From Candidatus Niyogibacteria bacterium (GTDB lineage: Bacteria; Patescibacteriota; Minisyncoccia; HO2-45-28): a DNA stretch of 64,000 nucleotides. Position 1 is the stretch's first letter. Each line of letters starts with the position of its first letter. Made by a program: the position numbers and the translations under genes. The DNA is taken from NCBI GenBank assembly GCA_016432485.1, contig CP066691.1, positions 11,348 to 75,347 on the forward strand, given 5' to 3'. Shown here one piece after another: positions 1-8,848 of the stretch. A model generated the notes under the pieces. That model had not been told where the DNA came from, did not search any database, and saw nothing but the letters and a program-made list of their open reading frames with translations.

Positions 1-1039
1 GGCGGAGTTTAAGGGCAAAGATATTTTGGTGACCGGAGGAACCGGTTCCATTGGTTCTGAAATTGTCAGGCAGCTTATTTCTTTTGGGCCGAGAAAAATA
101 AGGGTTTTTGCCAGAAGCGAGTATGCCCACCATAAATTCAGGCGGGAAATGGGGCCCGAGCAGGACCACTCGGTACGTTTCATTATCGGCGACATCAGGG
201 ATAAGGACCGGCTTAAGCTTGCTATGGAGAATGTGGATATTGTTTTTCACGCGGCAGCCATGAAGCACGTTGATATTTGCGATAACGACCCCTTTGAGGC
301 GGTTGCCACCAATATCATAGGCACCCAAAATGTAATCAACGCGTCCAGGGAACTCAATGTCGGCAAGGTTATCGCCATCTCCACCGATAAAGCCGTTAAT
401 CCCGAAGGTGTTCTGGGTGTTTCCAAATTGATGGCCGAAAAGTTAATTCTAAATTCTTATTATTATCGCGGCCACAAAAAAACCCAATATACCTGCGTGC
501 GTTTCGGAAATGTTCTGGGTTCTTCCGGAAGCATCTTGCCGACATTTAAAAATCAAATTATAAAAAACGGCTATATTACTGTTACCGACCCGAAGATGAC
601 TCGTTTCGTGATGACTATTCCGCAAGCGGTTAAACTGGTTTTGCGCGCGGCCGTTTTAACAAAGGGGCAGGAGATTTTTGTTTTAAAAATGCCCGCGGTA
701 AAACTCGGGGATTTAGCTGATTGCGCGATTAGGCACTATTCCGATGTTTTTGGCAAAAACCCCGCCGATATTAAAAGAAAGATTATAGGGTTGCGCGCTG
801 GAGAGAAAAAACACGAACAACTTCTGGCAAATCATGAGATAGATAAAGTTTTTGAAACCGAAGATATGTATATTTTAACTCCCCGAGAAGATGTTTGGGG
901 CTATTTTCATAAAAGCGGTTATCTCGGCAGGCCTCAAAAAGCCACTCGCGGTTTTTCTTCCGAATTTGCCAAAAAACTTAAGCCGAAAGAAATTTTAAAA
1001 TTACTTAAAGAAACAGACAGCGATTTGAATATCGTTTAA
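1..1039 (+). CDS. Polysaccharide biosynthesis protein, CapD/PseB/FnlA-like UDP-GlcNAc 4,6-dehydratase (Polysacc_synt_2 family); 5' end truncated by window edge
   Basis: Reading frame is open from position 2 (AEFKGKDILVTGGTGSIGSE...), with the Rossmann GGTGSIG motif. It is paralogous to the pseB-like gene at 8849..9835 (shared blocks IGDIRD, VFHAAA, NIIGTQNV, ISTDKA, GNVLGS, TDPKMTRF). Confidence 0.8.
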   Translation, partial: AEFKGKDILVTGGTGSIGSEIVRQLISFGPRKIRVFARSEYAHHKFRREMGPEQDHSVRFIIGDIRDKDRLKLAMENVDIVFHAAAMKHVDICDNDPFEAVATNIIGTQNVINASRELNVGKVIAISTDKAVNPEGVLGVSKLMAEKLILNSYYYRGHKKTQYTCVRFGNVLGSSGSILPTFKNQIIKNGYITVTDPKMTRFVMTIPQAVKLVLRAAVLTKGQEIFVLKMPAVKLGDLADCAIRHYSDVFGKNPADIKRKIIGLRAGEKKHEQLLANHEIDKVFETEDMYILTPREDVWGYFHKSGYLGRPQKATRGFSSEFAKKLKPKEILKLLKETDSDLNIV

Positions 1040-1056
1040 GTCGGAACAAAAGAAAA

Positions 1057-1092
1057 AAGACGATCCCCTCGGATCGCCTTTTTGATTTTTTG
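1057..1092. terminator. Bidirectional rho-independent terminator-like hairpin (gacgatccc ctc ggatcgcc) followed by T-tract
   Basis: GC hairpin then ctttttgatttttt, sitting between convergent genes ending at 1039(+) and 1103(-). Confidence 0.4.
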
Positions 1093-1102
1093 GGAATAAT
1101 TT

Positions 1103-2071
1103 TTATCCGCCAAAAGACAAAGCAATGGTTATTGCTCCGATTACCGCCAACAGAACCAGAATTTTTTCTATTCCCCGATATTGTTTATATTCGTCAAACA
1201 TAAAGAGTCCCAAAATCATCCTTCCGAGCATCTGGGAAACAAAAAAGATCGGCTTTACTACGGTAAGGGGCGCGAGCTGCAGCGCCCAGTATGAAAGAAA
1301 AATAGAGGAAAAAATAGATCCGCCTGCGACGGCAGTCATCCATAAAGTGGTTCTGATTGGAAGCGGACTTAGTTCTCTATTCATTTCATCGTTTTTCTTT
1401 TCATTGTCCTTGTTTTCGTTATCCTTTTTTGGGAAAATACTTTTTATCTTGGTTATGCAAAAGATTGCCAGCGCCATCAGGAATGCTCCGCCATACCATC
1501 CGAAAACAAATTTACCGACGGAAATATCGCTAAGAGCAAAATACCGCATAGAGAAAGTGGCAAATCCCCAGATAACCGTATAAACGGCGACATAGATGAA
1601 AAGCTTTGGGGCGACATGCTCTTCTCCGATCTTTTGCTTGCGGTAGTTGCTGAATCCAAGCCCTATAATTGTAACCACGCAAAGAAAAAGACCCGCGCCC
1701 ATCCCGAAATTTAGGTATTTGCTCTCGTTTAGGACGATGTAGCCCAAAGTTATGGCAATGACATCATCCATGAATAAAGTTATGGACACAAAACTAAGGG
1801 AATGCTGGTCTGCCTTCCATTGGCAGTAAGCGGCGTAGCCGTTCGCGGCGCCTATGGACGTTATGAACAAGAGTGTTTTATCAAAGACTAATTGTCCAAG
1901 GAATAACGCGGCGACGGAACCGAAAGCCGCGGCAAAAAAGTAATGCAGGGTAAAGCGGTTGTTAAAACTGATTTTGTCGGTATGTATAAGTTTTGCTTTT
2001 CCGAACCAGGGGTAAAATATGTTGCCGATTAGAATTCTTATAATTACCGGCACAAGCCACATTCCGGCCAT
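1103..2071 (-). CDS. DMT/EamA-family-like integral membrane transporter (about 10 TM) with a Lys/Asn/Glu-rich internal loop
   Basis: Polytopic hydrophobic protein with two repeated halves and an EamA-like C terminus (TVVKPIFFVSQMLGRMILGLFMFDE). The low-complexity loop reads KKDNENKDNEKKNDE. Confidence 0.5.
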   Translation of the reverse strand: MAGMWLVPVIIRILIGNIFYPWFGKAKLIHTDKISFNNRFTLHYFFAAAFGSVAALFLGQLVFDKTLLFITSIGAANGYAAYCQWKADQHSLSFVSITLFMDDVIAITLGYIVLNESKYLNFGMGAGLFLCVVTIIGLGFSNYRKQKIGEEHVAPKLFIYVAVYTVIWGFATFSMRYFALSDISVGKFVFGWYGGAFLMALAIFCITKIKSIFPKKDNENKDNEKKNDEMNRELSPLPIRTTLWMTAVAGGSIFSSIFLSYWALQLAPLTVVKPIFFVSQMLGRMILGLFMFDEYKQYRGIEKILVLLAVIGAITIALSFGG

Positions 2072-2198
2072 TTCCGCTTGCCCCTCTGTTTATCTTGTTG
2101 ATTTCAAACAACTTTCAAACTCAATTAATGTTTAGCAGAATTTTACCAAAAAGTCAAGCAGGGTTGTTAAATTGTGATATATTTTTTATGTTTAGAAT

Positions 2199-4376
2199 GT
2201 GTCTAAAAACGTGAAAATTATAGCTACTCTGGGCCCCGCAACCAGAAAAGAAGGCGATGTGCTTAAAATGCGCGGCCGTGTTGATTTTATCAGGGTAAAT
2301 ATGTCCCACTCTTCGCTTGAGGACTTGGATTATTTTGTTAAAATTTCAAAAAAAGTCGGCATCCCTTTTATTCTTGATACCGAGGGGTCGCAGATAAGGA
2401 GCGGAAGGTTTGAAAAACCGCCCGTTTATTTTAATAAAAACGATATGGTGGAGCTTTTGGGCGAGAGCGGAATTAAATCTGTAGGAGATAAAAATAAGAT
2501 TTATCTTCGTCCAAAAGAAATAATCCCGCAGCTTGAAGAAGGAGATATTCTTTATATGGATTTTGACACGTTGGCTTTGCGTGTTACCGATAACACTTTG
2601 CGTGACAAGGGGCGCGTTGGGACTAGCGTTATTACGGGAGGTTTTTTGGGCAACAATAAAGGTGTCGTGGTTGATTCGGCTTTTACTAAATCATATAGTT
2701 TGCCCACTCTTTCGCCAAAAGACACAGAAGCCATAAAAATCGGACTTGCTGAAAACCTCGGCTATATCGCCGCCTCGTTTATGCGTTCGGGGGAGGCCGT
2801 TGATGAGGTAAGAGAGGAAACGGATGGCAAGATGAAAATTATTTCAAAGATAGAATGCCAAGACGGCCTGAATAATTTAGATGACATTATTGCCAAGTCC
2901 GACTTTTTGCTTATTGACAGGGGCGACTTAAGTAAAGAAGTCCCTTTGGAAGACATCCCGTTTCTGCAAAAGGAAATAATTTCAAAAGCAAAAAGCGCAG
3001 GCAAAGGCACGTATGTCGCCACAAATCTTTTAGAAACAATGGTTGAGAAGAAAAAATCGACAAGGGCTGAAGTATGCGACGTGGTCAATATAATCCGCGA
3101 CGGAGCTTATGGGCTGACGTTGGCGTCAGAGACCGCCATAGGAAAATATTCCATGGAATGTATAAATATGCTAAATACCTTAATCTCGCGCGCCGGGTTG
3201 GGAAAAGGCAGCGACGCTTTAATTGCCCCTCACGGCGGAAAGCTTATCCATAGAATGATAAACACCCCGCCCGATAGTTCTTACTTAAACTCGCTTAAAA
3301 AATTGGAAATATCAGATGATATAGCGATGGACACGGAGCAGATAGCAACCGGCGTTTTCAGCCCACTGGAAGGTTTTATGGGGCGGGCAGATTTTCAAAG
3401 CGTTTTAGACAGCGCCCGTCTTGCAAACGGTCTGGTCTGGCCGCTTCCGATTGTTCTGGACGCCAGGCAAAATGACGCTGACGGATTTAATGCCGGAGAA
3501 GATATCGCGCTTACGCATAAGGGAGAGACACTTGCCATTTTACACTTGGATGAAAAATTTAATTTTGACAAAAAAGAAACAGCCCGAAAGATTTACGGAA
3601 CTCTAAACGAAGAACATACCGGCGTGCGGGGGGTTTTCGCGATGAATCCGGTTTTACTTGCCGGAAAAATTTCTCTTTTAAAAAGGAGAAATGCCGAACA
3701 CTTGGCTTACGCTCTGACTCCGAAGCAAGTGAGGCGGATTTTTAAAGAAAGGCACTGGTCGCGCGTGGTCGGGTTTCATACAAGAAATGTGATTCATAGA
3801 AGTCATGAGCATATACAGCTTGCCGCAATGAAGCAGGAAAACTGCGACGGGCTGTTTGTGCATCCGGTGGTCGGTAAGAAAAAGCCTGGCGATTACAACG
3901 CACGCTACATAATCAAGAGTTATGAAAGGATGCTCGGCGGCTTATATCCTGAAAATAAAGTTGTACTCGCAGCTTTCAATACCTATTCAAGATATGCCGG
4001 GCCAAGAGAGGCGTTATTTACCGCCATTTGCCGCCAGAATTTCGGCTGCAGTCATTTTGTGGTCGGACGAGACCATACCGGAGTCGGAAATTTTTATCCT
4101 CCGACGGCCTCGCACGACATATTTGACAAGTTTCCCGACCTGGGCATTAAAGCCGTGAAATTTGACGAAGTGTTTTATTCCAAAAAACTGGGTGCTTATG
4201 TGCGCGGCGAGGACAGCCCGAATCATGCTCCCGAGGACAAACTTTCCATCAGCGGCACCCAGGCGCGAAAAATGTTTGAGCGCGGTGTGGCGCCTCCGGA
4301 GTGGTTTATGCGCCCGGAAGTGTCCGGAATAATTATTGACGCCTTAAAACGCGGCGAAAAAGTGTTTGTGGAATAA
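2199..4376 (+). CDS. sat: Fusion protein: N-terminal pyruvate-kinase-like barrel domain (about aa 1-335) + C-terminal sulfate adenylyltransferase (ATP sulfurylase, Sat)
   Basis: The N-terminal part shows PK signatures in order: KIIATLGPAT, RVNMSHSS, LDTEGSQIR, ISKIECQDGLNN, LIDRGDLSKEVP, ATNLLETM, STRAEVCDV. The C-terminal part shows ATP sulfurylase signatures: APHGGKLI, GFHTRNVIHRSHEHIQ, VHPVVGKKKPGDY, VVGRDHTGVG. GTG start. Confidence 0.8.
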   Translation: MSKNVKIIATLGPATRKEGDVLKMRGRVDFIRVNMSHSSLEDLDYFVKISKKVGIPFILDTEGSQIRSGRFEKPPVYFNKNDMVELLGESGIKSVGDKNKIYLRPKEIIPQLEEGDILYMDFDTLALRVTDNTLRDKGRVGTSVITGGFLGNNKGVVVDSAFTKSYSLPTLSPKDTEAIKIGLAENLGYIAASFMRSGEAVDEVREETDGKMKIISKIECQDGLNNLDDIIAKSDFLLIDRGDLSKEVPLEDIPFLQKEIISKAKSAGKGTYVATNLLETMVEKKKSTRAEVCDVVNIIRDGAYGLTLASETAIGKYSMECINMLNTLISRAGLGKGSDALIAPHGGKLIHRMINTPPDSSYLNSLKKLEISDDIAMDTEQIATGVFSPLEGFMGRADFQSVLDSARLANGLVWPLPIVLDARQNDADGFNAGEDIALTHKGETLAILHLDEKFNFDKKETARKIYGTLNEEHTGVRGVFAMNPVLLAGKISLLKRRNAEHLAYALTPKQVRRIFKERHWSRVVGFHTRNVIHRSHEHIQLAAMKQENCDGLFVHPVVGKKKPGDYNARYIIKSYERMLGGLYPENKVVLAAFNTYSRYAGPREALFTAICRQNFGCSHFVVGRDHTGVGNFYPPTASHDIFDKFPDLGIKAVKFDEVFYSKKLGAYVRGEDSPNHAPEDKLSISGTQARKMFERGVAPPEWFMRPEVSGIIIDALKRGEKVFVE

Positions 4377-4392
4377 ATAAGGATGAACAAAT

Positions 4393-5364
4393 CTAACCGC
4401 GTCTAAATAATTCGCGCATTAAAGCCCCGCCCATACTCTTCATTCTTTTTATTTCCCTGATAATCTCCGTTCTCGCTTTTCTTTTTAAATGCCCTTCCGG
4501 GAGAAGGGTAATATGTTTATAACTTTTGTAGACCTCGTCCAGTTTTAAAGGAGAAAAACGTTTTAGCGCCTGTAGCCGTTCTATATCTGCAAAAATGGTT
4601 TCTTTTGGAATTTTTGCTGTCGGGTTATTATAGTACGCGTCAAAAATCGGAAGTAATTCGTCCCAAAATGGATGCGGAGCGAGAGTTACTTCCGTATCCT
4701 CGTTTCCGCGCGGACCGTAATGGGCGCTAACAAAGTGTCCGTCGCGCCATTTTTGCGCTCTCTTTGGATGTGAATCAGGAAAAGTTACTTTCCACCACTC
4801 GTTTAAATGCGGTCTCATAGCCAGATTGAGAAATGAAGACAGAGCTTCAATTGTGTCGTTATTTCTGCTAATGATGTCTTCCATTCGCGCGCGCAGCACT
4901 TTGTCCAGCAGGAAGCTTTTAATGAAGAAAGTCGTATAATCAATGGCGGCGCAAACCACGTTATTATCGGTAAAATATTGTGTTATAGTGCTGTTTTTGG
5001 CCAACCAGGTTCTTATGTCGCGGATTGTAAAAATTACAGGGTGGGGATTAAGAATGTCCATGGGGCAAGCGTTCATTTCGAATTCCGGCGCGTCAGAGCC
5101 CACGACCTTAAAAGGATATCCTTTTTCGGCTAAAAATTTTTGCAAGCGTATAAAAAAATCCTCCGGTATTGCTCCGTAGGAAAAAAGATTTCTGGCATCA
5201 GGGTAAGAAGAAATAAATCGCCCTCCGTATTTATCAAGCGAGTGTCTGCCGATTCTTGTTTCATACAGAATAAAAACATCCGGGTGGGCATTAAGCATTT
5301 GCACGATGACCGAGGTGCCGGTTTTGGCCGCGCCCACGACAAAAATAATGTTTTTATTCTCCAT
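4393..5364 (-). CDS. Sulfotransferase family protein (PAPS-dependent type)
   Basis: An N-terminal 5'-PSB-like P-loop (IFVVGAAKTGTSVI) and an RD-x-R..S region (TIRDIRTWLAKNS) are present. The gene is convergent with the sat fusion gene. Confidence 0.6.
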   Translation of the reverse strand: MENKNIIFVVGAAKTGTSVIVQMLNAHPDVFILYETRIGRHSLDKYGGRFISSYPDARNLFSYGAIPEDFFIRLQKFLAEKGYPFKVVGSDAPEFEMNACPMDILNPHPVIFTIRDIRTWLAKNSTITQYFTDNNVVCAAIDYTTFFIKSFLLDKVLRARMEDIISRNNDTIEALSSFLNLAMRPHLNEWWKVTFPDSHPKRAQKWRDGHFVSAHYGPRGNEDTEVTLAPHPFWDELLPIFDAYYNNPTAKIPKETIFADIERLQALKRFSPLKLDEVYKSYKHITLLPEGHLKRKARTEIIREIKRMKSMGGALMRELFRRG

Positions 5365-5456
5365 TTGGACAGTCTAATATAAAATGATGCTGAAAATCAA
5401 ATACGCTTTCTTTGTCTAGATTTTTTGCGGGTTTTGTTGTATTGTAGATTTTAAAT

Positions 5457-7238
5457 ATGACTATGGGAGTGAACAAAATTGTTCGGATAATTACGCTCGC
5501 GAAATCAGCTTTCGGGCAATATAAATGGCAAATTGCTCTTTTAGCGGGGCTTAGTTTTTTGAGCGGCGTTCTGGATGTGGTGGGAATCAACGCTATTATT
5601 CCCATTTTTTCCGTGATTCAGGGCGGGGGCGCGACCGACATTATTTCAAAAACGACAAAAAGTTTTTTCTTATTTTTCGGCGTTCCTTTCACGGTCAGAT
5701 ATCTTATGATTTTTATGGCCTTGATGTTTTCGGCAAAGGCCGCGTTTCTTTTCGCGTCCAAATATATAAATTTGAAGATAGCCGCGGACTACGAAAAAAA
5801 CACCAGAAATGAATTGTTTAGGGCAATGGTTGAAAGCAACTGGCCCCATCTCGCGAGGCAAAAGGCCGGACACCTTAGTCAGGTTTTGATTATGAATGTA
5901 GAGAGAGGCTCGTCTCTTCTTATTCATCTCGGGGGATCCGCTCTCATTGTCACGAATTTTTTGGTCTACGGTTTTCTGGCGCTAAATGTGTCTTTTCTTA
6001 TAGCAATGCTCGCTTTTGCTTTCGGAGGAATAATCCTTCTGGTTTTTAAACCGCTTTATTACAGAACTAAGATGGCCTCTGAAGAGATGGTCCGAAAATA
6101 CAAAGATTTGGCCCATTACACCGATGAAACCGTTTTGGGAATGAAAGCCGTAAAGTCGGCTCGGGTCGAAGAACCGGTTTTAAAATTGTCCTCTAAATAT
6201 TTTAGCGCGATGAGAAAGCTTTATTTGCGCATCGGATTTCTTAGAAGCATTACGGATGTTCTTCTCCAGCCAATTGCCGCTTTTTTCATTTTGGGAATTC
6301 TTGCCGTTTTTTACAAAACAGGAACATTGCATTTTGTTTCTTTTGCCGTAATTATTTACGCGATTAACCGGGTTTTTTCCAATGTTCAGGCGGCTCAAAC
6401 CGAAATACATGTTTTGAATTCAGACGCGCCGCATGTTTTGAGCATTTTGGCGTTTAAGGAAGAGGCGAAACTTAATAAGGAAAAAGAAACGGGAACAAAA
6501 TCGTTTCAATTCGGCAAATCAATTGAATTTCGAAATGTCGGTTTTTCTTACGATGGCGATAGCCGGACTCTGTCGGACATAAATTTTTCCGTCGCCAAAG
6601 GCGAAATGCTGGGAATTATCGGTCCGTCGGGCGCTGGAAAATCAACTCTCGTGGATTTGTTTTTGCGGCTTCAAATTCCTCAAAAAGGCGCCATTTTGGC
6701 CGACGGAGAAAACATAAAAGACATTAAGCTCGGGGATTGGAGGGCAAACATCGCTTATGTTTCCCAGGAGGCGTTTTTAATGAATGACACTATTTATGAA
6801 AATATCAGATTTTACAATGAAGGACTGAACAAGGAAGACATAATTGACGCGGCAAAACTCGCGAACATTTACGATTTTATTCAGGCATTGCCTGACGGAT
6901 TTGAAACGGTGGTCGGTGAACGCGGTATGCGGCTTTCCGGCGGAGAACGTCAGCGCGTAGTTCTTGCCCGGGCGCTTGTCAGGAAGCCGCAAATTTTGAT
7001 TTTGGATGAAGCAACGAGTTCGCTTGACAACGAATCAGAGCTCTTAATTCAAAGAGCGGTTGAAAAGCTGAGGGGCAAAATGACCATTATCGTCATAGCG
7101 CATCGTTTGAGTACCGTTGAAAATTCCGATAAACTGGTTGTGCTTGAAAATGGCAGGGTCTCCGAGGCCGGAGCTCCAACCGAACTTTTAAGAGATAAAC
7201 ATTCCTATTTTTTTAAAGTTTATAATTTAAGAAAATAA
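5457..7238 (+). CDS. ABC exporter, fused permease/ATPase (MsbA/lipid-flippase-like)
   Basis: Six-TM N-terminal half, Walker A GPSGAGKST, ABC signature LSGGERQR, Walker B ILILDEATSSLD, H-loop AHRL. Confidence 0.85.
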   Translation: MTMGVNKIVRIITLAKSAFGQYKWQIALLAGLSFLSGVLDVVGINAIIPIFSVIQGGGATDIISKTTKSFFLFFGVPFTVRYLMIFMALMFSAKAAFLFASKYINLKIAADYEKNTRNELFRAMVESNWPHLARQKAGHLSQVLIMNVERGSSLLIHLGGSALIVTNFLVYGFLALNVSFLIAMLAFAFGGIILLVFKPLYYRTKMASEEMVRKYKDLAHYTDETVLGMKAVKSARVEEPVLKLSSKYFSAMRKLYLRIGFLRSITDVLLQPIAAFFILGILAVFYKTGTLHFVSFAVIIYAINRVFSNVQAAQTEIHVLNSDAPHVLSILAFKEEAKLNKEKETGTKSFQFGKSIEFRNVGFSYDGDSRTLSDINFSVAKGEMLGIIGPSGAGKSTLVDLFLRLQIPQKGAILADGENIKDIKLGDWRANIAYVSQEAFLMNDTIYENIRFYNEGLNKEDIIDAAKLANIYDFIQALPDGFETVVGERGMRLSGGERQRVVLARALVRKPQILILDEATSSLDNESELLIQRAVEKLRGKMTIIVIAHRLSTVENSDKLVVLENGRVSEAGAPTELLRDKHSYFFKVYNLRK

Positions 7239-7240
7239 AC

Positions 7241-7522
7241 ATGCCCAGTACAATTACACCGATTGTGTTCTTCTACACTTATGTTCTGCGTAGCGATAAA
7301 GATGGCGATAATTACATAGGTTACAGCCACGATCTAAAAAAGAGATCAGAAGAACACAAAAAAGGCCTTGTTCCTGCCACTAAACACAGAAGGCCATTGA
7401 AGTTAATATATTATGAAGCATGTTTAAACAAAGAGGACGCTCAACAAAGAGAAAGATATTTAAAAACCACAAGGGGTCGAAGGTGGTTTGGCATGAGATT
7501 GCGAAATTATAAATCGGTGTAA
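7241..7522 (+). CDS. GIY-YIG nuclease family protein (YhbQ/UPF0213-like, 93 aa)
   Basis: GIY-YIG core (FYTYVLRSDKDGDNYIGYSHDLKKRSEEH) with C-terminal RERYLK...GRRW. The ORF is bounded by 18-bp perfect inverted repeats. Confidence 0.8.
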   Translation: MPSTITPIVFFYTYVLRSDKDGDNYIGYSHDLKKRSEEHKKGLVPATKHRRPLKLIYYEACLNKEDAQQRERYLKTTRGRRWFGMRLRNYKSV

Positions 7523-7530
7523 TTGTACTG
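7244..7530 (+). mobile_element. Small putative mobile unit: GIY-YIG ORF flanked by perfect terminal inverted repeats cagtacaattacaccgat / atcggtgtaattgtactg
   Basis: The sequence at 7246-7263 is the exact reverse complement of 7513-7530. The unit is inserted precisely between the ABC gene stop (7238) and the next gene. Its termini (CCCAGTACAATTA) are shared with the 140-bp element at 9836-9974. Confidence 0.6.
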
Positions 7531-8845
7531 CAAAACCTGTTTGCCCGGAATTATTTTTCACGAGCACTATGATGCCTGGGACGGCAAGCCCGCGCCGGCT
7601 TTGGCTTCGGCCGAATTTGAGCCGCCGTCTTACGAACTTATCAGTAAGTTCCATAAGACGGAGTCATTAGTCTTAACAATGATGAATAAACGTTTTGACT
7701 GGATGGGGACGGATGAACGAAGACATCTTTACTACACAATGCTTTCATACTGGAACGGAGTGGTTAAAAAATTTAATCCGGATGCCGTGATTTTCAGTAC
7801 TGCTCCGCACACCGTGTATGATTATATTCTTTACGAAATCGCGCGCTCGGAAAACATTAAAACAGTTATGTTTTGGAATATGTCTCCGATAGACGGCCGG
7901 CTGTTTTTCTATGAAGATTTTCGCGAGGGGAGCGGGCTTTTAAGTAAAATTACGCGAAAAAACATGAGTTACAATTTTTCGGTTTCTGATTTAAGCGAGG
8001 AAACGAGGAAATTTTATGAAACCGGAACATTAATCGGCGTTGACGCCCTCCCGCTCTATTTAAAAGAAGACCATGAACGCTTCGCTTTTTTAAACAGGAT
8101 GATTCTAAAGACGAAAGCGATTTTAGCGACTATTAAGCGGGGAGAATTTGTTGAACAGACGGCGCGGCGCGCGGCCAATTTTTTTAAAGAAAATATCCGG
8201 GACGAACACATTCGGGCGCAGTTTATTCCCGATTACTCCCAAAAATTCGTTTATGTCCCTCTGCATTATCAGCCCGAATGCACAACTTCCCCCTTGGGAG
8301 ACATATTTGTTGACCAAATTCTGATGATTAAAATTCTTTCAGCGTCTCTTCCCGTCGGATGGAAAATTTACGCAAAAGAACATCCTTTTCAATGGTATCA
8401 GCGCGGGCTAAATTTCGCGGGCTCGCGTTACCGCGGCTACTACGATAAAATATCCGGCATTAAAAATGTTCGTCTGGTGCCCCTGGAAACTGACAATTAT
8501 GAACTGATAAATCGCGCTCAAGCCGTGGCAACCGTCGGCGGCACCGCCGGCATTGAGGCGCTTTTACGCCAAAAACCCGTTATAGTTTTTGGTTATCCCT
8601 GGTATCGCTCTTGTCCCCATGTTTTCAAAGCGGACGGCGTGGAATCTTGCAGCAAGGCTCTTCAAAAAATCGCGGACGGATTTTCCGTGAATAATCAATC
8701 GATAATAAATTTTTTAAAAAACCTTGACGAAAGCACGATTCGCGGGTATGTTGACGAATATGGTCAGAGGTTTGTAAGGTTGAGCGCGGAAGAAAACTCG
8801 GCAAACATATCGCGCGCGATTTTGGAAATAATAACGGAAAAATAA
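7523..8845 (+). CDS. Capsule_synth family protein (KpsS/KpsC-like beta-Kdo-transferase family; candidate CMP-ulosonic-acid transferase)
   Basis: Blocks align with E. coli KpsS: VYVPLHYQPE, EHPFQWYQRG, LVPLETDNYELINRAQAVATVGGTAGIEALLRQKPVIVFG. The true start is probably the ATG at 7679 (MMNKRF...), because 7523-7678 contains the IR terminus and a strong hairpin and uses a TTG start. Confidence 0.6.
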   Translation: MYCKTCLPGIIFHEHYDAWDGKPAPALASAEFEPPSYELISKFHKTESLVLTMMNKRFDWMGTDERRHLYYTMLSYWNGVVKKFNPDAVIFSTAPHTVYDYILYEIARSENIKTVMFWNMSPIDGRLFFYEDFREGSGLLSKITRKNMSYNFSVSDLSEETRKFYETGTLIGVDALPLYLKEDHERFAFLNRMILKTKAILATIKRGEFVEQTARRAANFFKENIRDEHIRAQFIPDYSQKFVYVPLHYQPECTTSPLGDIFVDQILMIKILSASLPVGWKIYAKEHPFQWYQRGLNFAGSRYRGYYDKISGIKNVRLVPLETDNYELINRAQAVATVGGTAGIEALLRQKPVIVFGYPWYRSCPHVFKADGVESCSKALQKIADGFSVNNQSIINFLKNLDESTIRGYVDEYGQRFVRLSAEENSANISRAILEIITEK

Positions 8846-8848
8846 TCT

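Noticed and set aside
2533-4226. Small internal ORFs on both strands within the sat fusion gene (for example 2533..2736, 3922..4158)
   Set aside because: They are nested inside a 725-codon ORF with strong domain signatures along its full length.
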